The notes below the pieces were generated by a model. The model made no database searches and was not told where the DNA came from. It saw nothing but the letters and a program-made list of their open reading frames with translations. A stretch of 34,203 nt of DNA from Octopus sinensis (taxonomy: Eukaryota): NCBI RefSeq assembly GCF_006345805.1, contig NW_021831921.1:1-34203 (forward strand). The letters run 5' to 3'. Shown here piece by piece: positions 22,630-32,757 of the stretch; within the stretch, counting starts at the first letter, position 1, and every line of letters starts with the position of its first letter. The position numbers and the translations under genes were made by a program.

Positions 22630-22764
22630 GTTACGATTTCAGGAGGACGATTGGGATCACTTGGATGAGAAAGGCGTGATCCAGAGAGGAGTGGACAGCG
22701 TGCTGTGTCCAGCGGTGTCAAATGGACGCCTGACGGACTGGTCGGTCAAGGTGATCAAGGTGAT
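22630..22764 (+). mobile_element. RTE-clade LINE extreme 3' end
   Basis: DFRRTIGITWMRKA*SREEWTACCVQRCQMDA* resembles the RTE C-terminal W.R.A.DR.EW motif; short 3' UTR ending in a caaggtgat tandem. Confidence 0.7.
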
Positions 22765-23141
22765 ATATATATATATATGTACGTATGTATATATAAGGAA
22801 AAATAACAGCTAACCATAAGTTATTCATCGATAATTTCCTAATCGATTAGCATAATTAAATTAAATGAGGGACATTTCAAGATACATAACAGCCTAACAA
22901 CATAAATAATCACTTTTTACTCTAACATATTTATGTCCTTATTTTCTTTTCTGTAATAACATATAGCTAAGTGCATATATGTGTGTGTATGTATCTGTAT
23001 CTATGTGTATGTATGTATCTGTGGCTATTTGTCTATATGTAAATATACCTGCATGCATGCATATAGATGCAGAAGTATTGATATGTGTGAGAACAGGCGT
23101 GTTCGTGTGTGTGTTTGGACATGGTGTACACACTACGTATG

Positions 23142-23187
<46 letters not shown>

Positions 23188-23544
23188 CATTTCTTTAGGT
23201 TTCATCTTGTTTTATTTTGCCTTTACCACCCCTCATTTATGTTAACTGAAAATCTATATAACCCATTTTACTTTATTATTATTTACCTAAACATATATAT
23301 TATATAGTAAAAGTATATATACATATATATAATTATGTTAGATATATAAGTGTTCTTATTGTAACTACATATGCATAGATATAGATTTAGCCCACCCATC
23401 AATACATACATATTAAATAATATAACACATAAATATTTGTTGAACCATCTTAACCCCTTGAGAAAAAACATACATAAGCTTCGAAATATTACTTGAAAAA
23501 TCCATAATTGCCTCCTCTTTTTGTTTTCTACTATATAGAGAGAG

Positions 23545-23880
23545 TTCAATCTGCGTTGATATAAGCGACTTGATATGTATTACCCCTTGCAATACATATT
23601 CCGTATTTACCTATTCGATTAACGATTTTTACTTAAAATGATCATCCTTTTGTTTTTGAAATTAACTGACCAATAGTCTCCTCTTCTCTGATCAGATACT
23701 TCCTACTTCAGAGTTGGGGTAGTACAGCATGTTTTCATCTTGACTAGGAAGTAAGCATATATAAAATTATTGATATTTTCGGTAACAATCCTGATTTATG
23801 TTATGTAGCTGTGTCGGGCAGTATATGATAACAATTTTTATGTTTGTGTTTTGAATAATTGTATGTTAAGTCTTGACGGC
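23545..23880 (-). mobile_element. Very decayed PLE endonuclease-like fragment (tentative)
   Basis: Minus frame SVNFKNKRMIILSKN..NMYCKG*YISSRLYQRRLN loosely parallels FSFKQGQSFTVKNN..TCSGCRKQYRGQ..RQMM of the 10078 element. Confidence 0.3.
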
Positions 23881-24931
23881 TCCTATTATCACGCGCGCAA
23901 AGTAGAAATATTTTGCCTCCCAGTTTAATTAATTTATTTGTATGATTTTGAAATGCTCCTCATTTAATTTAATTAATGCTAATCGATTTGGAAATTATCG
24001 ATAAATAACTTAAGGTTTAACTGTTATCATATTAAGTTCTGTAACTCCTGGTATTTTTACGTTTACTTTTTACTTTCTAACCTAACCAAAATACTCCAAC
24101 AGCATTATATATTCAACTTACGCCGGAAGTGGCCTTCCTACACCGCCGCAGATAGGCATGTACCAATAATTATAATAACTATTCTAATTGTATAACTAAT
24201 TTTTCAGTTGGGTCGAGAGGTTTTCAGAGGGATAGCATGTAACATCAATTGGCATAACCTTATTTTCTCTTTTTCTCTTTCTCTTTCATTTCTTTTTCTT
24301 TATTTTTCCGCTCTGAAGTTCCACTATATGAGTTGGTATAATTATTAACAGTGATAATAATAATTATTATTATAAAGCCTGATTACGATGCCCAAATAGC
24401 GCGAACAGAAACAGCTGTTAGATGAGATATTGTGTTTTTGCAATCAATAAATAATTATTGATGTTTATCAATTATCAATCATCAATTTTATCTCCATTTT
24501 CATATTTTTCCTTGAATATAGATAAACTTCGGATTATATTATATTATTTATTGATATATAGGTGGATTATGTATTTGTAATACTAGATTGAAGTTAATTA
24601 GGTATTATATTTGATATTTAGTCTATTTTGTTATGGTTTGTAATATTAAATCCATAGATACTACACATGTATATTTATTATATGGTTAGCTTATGTAAGG
24701 AGTTTGTCTATATTTGAAACATTTCTCATTTTGATTACAATTTAAGGACATTTTATAGCTTTGTGTTTTTTTTATTTAATTTTAAAGTATTTAATTATTG
24801 AATTATTATTTTACTTTTCAATTATGTAAATTTAGAATTTTCATATACATATATATTTATATATGTGTGTATATATATATATATGTATATATTAAAGTAT
24901 ATTTATTAATTAATTATTTTACTGTTCTATT

Positions 24932-25025
24932 ATATAACCTGATGAGCGACTATATTTATATGCAAGTGATTTCTCTACTACTATAATCATTTCTTAAATA
25001 TAGCAGCGAAGCACATGTCGTTTTT
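24932..25025 (+). ncRNA. Near-intact type I hammerhead motif (A15.1->G, weak stem I)
   Basis: AAC-CUGAUGA (24939-24945), stem II GCgaCUAUAUUUA/UAAAUAUAGcaGC (11 of 13 pairs), GAAGC-ACAU-GUC-GUU. Confidence 0.55.
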
Positions 25026-25176
25026 CTACCTATTATACACACTACATTATTCTTGTAATTTACTTGATCTTTACTTTTTAATTGTTATTTTAATTTTAAC
25101 TTTTCTAATATACGTAATTTTCTAGATGGTGTAATTTAATTATTCATTTTGAATTGATAAAAGGTGTTCTTTTCTA

Positions 25177-25218
<42 letters not shown>

Positions 25219-25320
25219 TGTACGTATGTATGTATAATATGTATGTATATGTACGTATGTATGTATGTATAATATGTATATATATGTTCGTATGTATACA
25301 ATATGGTATATATGTATGTG

Positions 25321-25377
<57 letters not shown>

Positions 25378-25418
25378 GATGTATGTATATTATGTATGTG
25401 GATATATATATATATCTA

Positions 25419-25622
25419 GTTAATCCCCCCCAAAACGAAGAAAAAAACACAGAAAGAAAAAAACAACAATGCGAGGGCATGGTACATGCAAATTATTAGC
25501 AGACGGTCAGGGAAGGAAAGATAGGTAGTTTTAAGTTTCGAGCAAAACTCTTCTTTAGAAACAGGAGACAGGAAAGTCCAAGAGAAAAGGAAGACGGAGG
25601 ACAAAAATCACCAACGATCCAC
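25419..25622 (-). mobile_element. Repeat P2, diverged copy
   Basis: gttaatcccccc..acaacaatgcgagg..ttttaagtttcgagcaaaactcttctttag aligns to 18957; the hammerhead core is degenerate. Confidence 0.65.
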
Positions 25623-25757
25623 ATGTAGTTACATTTTGATATACATATACATATATATGTGTGTGTGTGTATACGCATATATATATATGCATATATATAT
25701 ATATATATAACATATATATACATATATATATATACATATATATATACATATATATAC

Positions 25758-25823
<66 letters not shown>

Positions 25824-26087
25824 AGATGAGTGTATTTTTACCTTGTTAATAATTAACACGAAAAAAATAAATAAATATTTACCAGGGTAGTCTCTATTAT
25901 TATATATAATTTAAACTTTAATTTCCTTTATATTTAACATTCACTATTAATTCACTCTTTCTGTAAACTACTTCTGACGTTATATCAAATAACGTTTTTT
26001 TAAACAATATTAATAGCGTTCACTTAATCACTATACAAATCCATCATTTTTTGCTAAAATGTCTTATTGACGAGTTTCGTTTTTTTC

Positions 26088-26173
26088 ACTTTCCTGAAGA
26101 GAAGATTGTATTGTTTATACCATTTATTCTTTTGAATAGTATCAGTGGAATTTTCGAAACATGTGTCGAAAGT
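26088..26173 (+). ncRNA. Type I hammerhead ribozyme motif, fully canonical core with GUC site
   Basis: Stem I ACUUUC/GAAAGU; CUGAAGA 26094-26100; stem II GAAGAUU/AAUUUUC (7 bp, 41-nt loop); GAAAC 26156-26160; loop AUGU; GUC with predicted cut after 26167. Confidence 0.85.
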
Positions 26174-26237
26174 AAAAATATTTGATTTATACCTGCGTTA
26201 AACTCCATTTATTTATTCATATACATACATACATACA

Positions 26238-26322
<85 letters not shown>

Positions 26323-26440
26323 CAATTTCAGCGTGGAAGGTGTTTGTAAGCCATTTAAGAAACACACAAAAGCCGTTGTGAATCGAACGGCTTTTGTGTG
26401 TTTCTTAAATGGCTTACAAACACCTTCCACACTGCAATTG
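26323..26440. repeat. Fold-back hairpin with 55-bp arms and 8-nt loop
   Basis: 26323-26377 versus 26386-26440, 2 mismatches. Confidence 0.95.
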
Positions 26441-27060
26441 TTTTCGTTCCAGCACACGATCTCAGATCAAATCACTTGCTATGCGAGTACATCTCTCTCT
26501 CTCTCTCTCTAAGATCTCAGAATTTTAATTGATTTGCTTTTCGCAGGAAGGAAAGTTTCTTGTCGAAAATACGTCTCGCTTTCACCTTCGAAACGTAGAT
26601 TAGATGAAACCATAGCAACTGAAGAAGATGTTTTTTCTTTGTATTAATTGTCCTGTACTCTATTTTTTTGTTGTTTAAAAAAATGTCCAGTTCCTTTGGT
26701 TTGTGACTATGTTTTCGTTTCTCATTGTCTTCGACGTCTTTTTGGTGTCCTGTACTCATATATGCGTGTATATGTACATGTAGAGGTAGGTACGTACATA
26801 TATGTTTATATATATGCATATGTTTTATTTTATTTATTAATATATATATATATATATTATGTAAGATATCAGTTAGATATATGAAAATCATCTAAGTGTC
26901 TAAGGGATAGATGTATCCAGAGGCACTCCTGGTAATCACGTCAGTATGTATGGTGCTAGTGGCTAATTTAAAGGTAAACCGTAGTATAATGTCTATATAG
27001 ACGATAAGAAAGGAGACATAAATAACGATGAGAAGTGAATCTGTGGTGTTATAAAGCCAT

Positions 27061-27272
27061 TATTTAATTAATTAGATAAGATGGGAGTATGATAGAGTAA
27101 GTTTACAGCTGTTTCTGTATATCAGGCTGGGATACATATGTATTTACTTCATTATTCCATTTTATTTATCTTTGCTTTCTTTGCTCTGATGATGTAAATC
27201 AATTGCAAGGAGCCTAAGATACAGCTGTATATTTACTCCATAATACTACCATCTTAATTAATTAATTAGATA
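27061..27272. repeat. Diverged inverted repeats (27061-27115 / 27218-27272) with hammerhead relics
   Basis: Both arms contain ACAGCTGT; plus strand CTGATGA (27186)..GATAC-AGCT-GTA, minus strand CTGATAT-ACA-GAAAC-AGCT-GTA. Confidence 0.75.
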
Positions 27273-27547
27273 ATTGCTTTAGAACACCAATCATCCACTT
27301 TTTATTGTTATATATTTCTCTATTTTCTTATCGTCTATATATACTAATACACACACACACCACACACACACATATATATATACATGTATGCATATAGATA
27401 TATATATATATATATATATAGATATATATATATATATATATATATATTATTCAGAAATAATGACTATGTATATATGTAGGAGTATATATATATATATATA
27501 TATATATGTAATATGTGTGTATATAATTATTTATTAATTATAACCCA

Positions 27548-27613
<66 letters not shown>

Positions 27614-27758
27614 TGTAATCAATATTATTGTTATTGTCATTATCATCATCGTTAATTGGCGTAGGCTTAACGATACTAACAAACTCGTGTTTCTCAATAT
27701 ACATCTACTTCAGACCACATCGTTCTTCCCCACTCTCTCTCTCTGTCTACGCACGTAG

Positions 27759-27789
<31 letters not shown>

Positions 27790-28164
27790 ACACACACACA
27801 CACGCTGTTATGTGTAACATGTTTCCTACTTTTACCCTCCACTTTGTCCAACCTTTCGGCCTTGATAATTGCAAATGGCCAATCTGGCTAAAATCCTTAA
27901 GTAGAAAAATATTTATTGACAGTCATAAACGCTTTTCTGTTCCTCATTCTTTCATTGTTCTCTTGTACTCTCTTCTTTTTCTCTTTCTCTCATTGTCTTG
28001 AATCCTATCTCTTTCCAGCTATCTCTATTCCTAGGACCTACTTTTATTTGTCTTTTTCAATGCATTTTACTTCCTTTTATAGGCGTTCTTTTTTCCACGT
28101 ATCATTATACATATCTATATAGATAGAATTATCTTATTCTACTCACACACGTATATATACATGT

Positions 28165-28217
<53 letters not shown>

Positions 28218-28248
28218 TGTGTGTGTGTTCGTGAAAAAAAAATATTGT

Positions 28249-28660
28249 TTACCGAACATATACCATCAATAGTCTAATATAAACAGCAAGTGTAGAATTA
28301 TCCAATTGTATGATAAATAGTCAATTTTGAAGAATACCCATAGGTTAAGATTCGTCATTAGCAGCCGTTTCGTCATTAGCTATTAAGATGAATTCTTCGA
28401 TAGAGAGCATTATAAAATCTTCACAAATTTTATGGCTCTTGCCATTCTTAGTTGTTTTATAAGATAAACTGCAATCAGGCCATCCTTGTTCTTTGTCTTT
28501 TGTTTCTTAAATTACAGTTCTATAGTGGAATAATTTTTAAATCTTTCATATAATTCTTGAAAATATTCTTTTGTATACTGAGTCGTAAAGTGTTCTCGTA
28601 ATCGGTTTAGTTTTATTGCTTCGTTAGTAAGTATCTTGAAGAACAGTAGATGTATTACTT
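28249..28660 (-). mobile_element. Decayed hAT transposase fragment, Buster/Charlie (ZBED5/SCAND3-like) type
   Basis: LTNEAIKLNRLREHFT..EYFQEL, KDGLIAVY, GKSHKICEDFIMLSIEE, FIIQLDNSTL..LLMVYVR in order across frameshifts. Confidence 0.75.
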
Positions 28661-28676
28661 TCAAATCTTCGCACAA

Positions 28677-29076
28677 GTCCAGCAATTTCGGATGAGTGTG
28701 TAAGTGGATTATATCGACACCAGTATTCAACTGGTATTTACTTTATCGATCTCCATTGGATGAAGAGCAAAGCCGACTTCAATGGAATTTTAACTCACAG
28801 CGTAAAAACGGATGGAATGCCGCTAAGCATTTTCTCCGGCGCAGTAACGAAGCGGCTAGCTCACTGCTTTAAAAAACATTTTGGCCAGTAATTTCGGAGT
28901 AGAGGACTAGTTGATTACATCAATCCCAGTGATCAACTGACACTTATTTTATTGACTTCGAAAGGATGAAAAGCAAAGTTGTCCTCAGCGGAATTTTAGC
29001 ACAGATAGTAAAGACGGACGATTTACTGCTAAGCATTTTGTTCGGCGTTCTAGCGATTCTGCCTGCTCGTCGCCTT
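28677..29076 (-). mobile_element. SINE B-related tandem pair, old
   Basis: Two diverged units (28677-28870, 28882-29076). Confidence 0.75.
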
Positions 29077-29584
29077 AAGAACGGTAGACATATTAAAATC
29101 TGTTTATTTGTAACAGACTCGATAAAATCTATTTTCAAAACCTTGTAAAGTAGCCAGGAGCACCTACATTTTTATGAGACGCACTAAAGTTAAGTTGTTG
29201 CGCAGAATCCTAAAACTCACAATAACTAATAATAATGGAGAGATTAGTAAAAATGTCCTCTGATACTTCCTACACAAACCACTTCATAGAAATAATGAAA
29301 CAGAATAAGTAACTTGCATTACTTCTTATACCAATCGCCTCAATGAAGATATGAAATAGAACGTATAAGAAAGAGAGAGCGTGAGGCGGAGGAGGGAAAG
29401 AATGAAAATTGTGTTTGGCAGACACATATATCTTCTGGTGACGTCAATGCTCATATATGTAATAATATAATACGAGTGTTGTCCTGAACTTTTATATTTA
29501 ACTAAGACATGTCGTTTAAATTGCAATAGCTGGTAGAGTAACTCTTTCTCTCGTCAAAAATATTACTCAACATATTGTCCATTA

Positions 29585-29897
29585 CAACTGGCACTCTGTC
29601 GGCTTCGACAATGAGATTTCCAGTCGATCCAATTGATGGAACAGCATGCTCGGGAAATCAACGTGTAAGTGGCTGAGCATTCCATAAACTCTTCACGTAG
29701 TTCTCAAGGAGATTCAGTGCAACATAGAATGTGACTGGGCTGGCCCTTTGAAATACAGGTACAGCTCATTTGTGCTAGCTGATTGAACTAGAGCGACGTG
29801 AACTAAAGTGTCTTGCTCAAGGACGCAACGCGCCGCCAGGTATTGAACTCACGACTTAACGATCTAGAGTCGAACCCCTAACCACAATGCCACGTGC
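29585..29897 (-). mobile_element. SINE family D
   Basis: Head gcacgtggcattgtggttagg..gagttcaatacc, gtccttgagcaagacacttt; 3' half homologous to 30830-30984. Confidence 0.75.
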
Positions 29898-30678
29898 ATT
29901 CATAGTGTCCATTTTAAGCAATGCACCTGCACCATCATTGGACCTAATTGTTCAATCATTTCTGAAAAAAAAAGCAGGCGTGAGTTTCACTTTAATTATA
30001 TCATCAAATATTTATCCCCCCAAACCAACCTTCATTTGGCCCCAAAAAACGAAAGTCGGAGACGTTACATGTTGCATAAGTATTCAACTCTGACTGCGCA
30101 GCTTCCTATGGCAGAAACAACTGTAAGCTAATGAAGTTGATTACTTAATTACCATTTCATTGTTAAATACGGGTGTGAATGCGTGTGCGTGTGCATGTGT
30201 ATGTATGTATTTATGTATGTATGTGTGTATGTATGTATGTATGTATGTATGCATGTATGTATGTATGCCTGTATTTTTATAATTCTCTCTATCGCTTCAC
30301 CTATCTCACCGGTGCTCTATATCTGCGCATCCTTTCTCGTGCAGCTTGGAACCATGTTTCTTGTGAATCTAACCCTTATAAACAAATATCAACTTTTGAA
30401 GAGAGCACGATAAAGAATTGCACTTATACGCATGCTTAAAGCGATGATCCCTAAAAAAAAACTAGTTCAATAAAAAAAATACTTTTCACTATCAACACAC
30501 CACCACCACCACCATCACTACCACCATCACTACCGCTATTTACCCTCCCTCTATCTCTCTCTATTTCTCCCTCTTTCTCTCTTAGTCTCTCTCTCAATAT
30601 AACCGCATCCCCTGTCCACCTTTGTCTACCTTACCCTTCAGCTAACTTTTTAAGCACGTAGTAAGTATTCCTTCCCCC

Positions 30679-30984
30679 GTTAGGGCAGCGGACTCGCGGC
30701 CATGGGATCGCGGTTTCGATTCCCAGACCGGGTGCTGTGAGTGTTTATTGGGCTCCGGCACGGGGTGGTGACGAACCCTGCTGTACTCTTTCACCACAAC
30801 TTTCTCCCACACTTTGTTTCTGTTGAAAAGACCAGCCTTGTCACACGCTGACTCTCTCCGAGAACTATGTTATGGGTACAGGTGTCTGTGGAGTACTCAG
30901 TCACTTACACGTTAATTTCACAAGCAGGCTGTTCCGTTGATCGGATCAACTGGAACCCTCGTCGTCGTAACCGACGGAGTGCCA
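30679..30984 (+). mobile_element. SINE with family C head and family D-type tail
   Basis: gttagggcagcggactcgcgg..ggtttcgattcccagaccggg, then gccagccttgtcacac..ggaaccctcgtcgtcgtaaccgacggagtgcca. Confidence 0.8.
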
Positions 30985-31335
30985 TGATGATTCCTTCCCT
31001 CACCCCGCCCCACACCATTAACACTTCTCTTTCACTTTTCTCTTGTAGTCTTTTTTCTCATTCTTCGCCTCTACCTTCAGCTGACCACGTGACCATTTGG
31101 CCTAAGTGTATTAATATTAACCCCCTTTCTCTACTTCTTCCTCTCTTCTTCCTTTATTCCTCCCTCCGTCCCTCACTCTCTTTTACACACTCTTACTCCA
31201 CCTCTAAATCACTCACTTCACCCCCACCTCTCTAAACAACTGATGTATAACGGGCGAACAAACATGCAGATTATTATATAGTCTTATTTTGTATTAATCG
31301 GAGTGGTGTCCTCATCTTGGTTATTGCTTTTTCAT

Positions 31336-31378
31336 TACGTTTCGGCTGTGTATGTTCCAGCCTTCTTCAGGTGTCTTG
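31336..31378 (-). ncRNA. Minimal hammerhead-like motif (core and stem II intact, stem I not evident)
   Basis: Minus strand: CAAGACAC-CUGAAGA-A-GGCUG-GAACAUACA-CAGCC-GAAAC-GUA. Confidence 0.5.
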
Positions 31379-31696
31379 TGAGTAGAGAAATGAAGAGTTG
31401 TTTTATTAAATTACTTTTCGCACCCTGTATACATATAGTCACCATTTTGAGTCTCGTTATTTTTATTCTCGTTGTTCACCGGTTATTATTGGTTGGCAGA
31501 CATCAATACAGACCAGTAAAGAGTTTGTTCATAGAAGTTATATAAAAAAAAAAATCGACTCTTGATAAATTCATTAATTCAGAATGCCTCTGACTGATGT
31601 AAACACAACTCTATCTCAACATTTGTTGTAAAAGAGTTCTACTTTTTATGAAACACAACAAAGATTAACACATTGACATTCGAATCTGCCGGGAAG

Positions 31697-31756
31697 TATT
31701 AAAATTAAAATTGCAAGTCAACGTCATATTAAAATTAAAATTGCAAGTCAATGTCA
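31697..31756. repeat. 30-bp tandem duplication
   Basis: tattaaaattaaaattgcaagtcaa(c/t)gtca twice. Confidence 0.9.
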
Positions 31757-32087
31757 TATTAAAGACATTTAAATACTAATATACTTCACCACTCTTCAGT
31801 ATTAATACATCATACTGCACTTCATCATTAAAGCATTATATTACTCTGCATTTTAATATTAAAATGATGTAATATACTATTCCACACTATTTTGTATGCC
31901 ACTACACTTCTAATATACGCGGTTATACTATAATGCACTGGATTAGTTTACTACACTACGGGGCGGCGATCTGTTACAAGGTTCATTAAAATCTAAGCAT
32001 ATTAACAAGTTGTTCGCTAGGAATTGCTCGTCATGGCAGTTGGTGAAAGGGTCAGCTTTTGTTTCTACCTTACCTGTTAATGTGTTA

Positions 32088-32176
32088 AAGATTTACCTGA
32101 TGATGGCGGGTTTTTGCTATGATGTAACCTAAGAATGCATCAATAAAATGCTGCCGAAACAGCTGTTGCGAATTTT
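32088..32176 (+). ncRNA. Type I hammerhead motif, intact core with GUU site
   Basis: Stem I AAGAUUUAC/GCGAAUUUU (8 of 9 pairs); CUGAUGA 32097-32103; extra U; stem II GGCGG/CUGCC; GAAAC 32156-32160; loop AGCU; predicted cut after 32167. Confidence 0.7.
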
Positions 32177-32282
32177 GAATGCTACCCGCGTTCTTCTGCT
32201 ATATATATAAATATATAGTTAATAGTGAAAGAAAGAAAATGAAGAATTTTGGATGCATTAATAATTTATTTCTATGATATTA

Positions 32283-32564
32283 TGAGGTTGAACTTTTTTT
32301 ATAAAAACAATAAATAAATTATAAATTGTAAAGCTCGAAAAAAGAAACGGCAGATGCCAAAAAACCTGCATATATGTTTCGATTCATGCCCCTAGGTGAT
32401 TCGTAATTCTAAGCATTCAGTTAGGGTCATATGCAGAGAATTGGTCATCATTTTCAAATCAATCGAAACATTTATGTAGGTTTATGGCATTTGCCATTTC
32501 TTTTTTTGAGCTTATAATTTATAATTTATTTGTATTATTTTTATAAAAAAAACTTTCACCCACA
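32283..32564. mobile_element. MITE-like element with TIRs of about 100 bp and TA flanks
   Basis: 32283-32385 versus 32460-32564 (aaagaaacggcagatgcc..atgtttcgatt versus aatcgaaacat..ggcatttgccatttcttt). Confidence 0.65.
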
Positions 32565-32757
32565 TAATATCATACGAATAAATTATTTGTACATCCATAA
32601 TTCTTCACTTTCCTTCTTTCATTATAAACAATATGTATTACTACAATAATCCCAAACATATCGTCGTGACTTTCTCCTTATATGATAGTGATTAACCAGT
32701 GAAAATTTTGGATTATTTAATCCTTAATGAGGAACTGATATGCTCTAATTGACTAGA

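Noticed and set aside
24077-24130. CTAACCTAACC as telomeric repeat and CCGGAAGT as an ETS promoter site
   Set aside because: Only two short units and one 8-mer; no supporting CpG-rich promoter or gene.
1566-27891. Numerous ORFs rich in YI/CV/TH/V/S/I repeats (e.g. 1566-2048, 13681-14049, 17647-18105, 25136-25480)
   Set aside because: They are translations of (TA)n, (TG)n, (CTA)n, (CATA)n and (TAA)n microsatellites.
1111-29076. All SINE B copies on the minus strand as evidence of a host-gene orientation
   Set aside because: Only four independent loci, and other SINE families are on both strands; compatible with chance.
5544-30740. tRNA genes at SINE heads
   Set aside because: A/B-box-like motifs are present but continue into SINE bodies, and I could not fold complete cloverleaves.
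31670-31805. Minus-strand CTGAAGA with GAAGTAT/ATACTTC stem as a hammerhead
   Set aside because: No GAAAC and no stem I could be placed.
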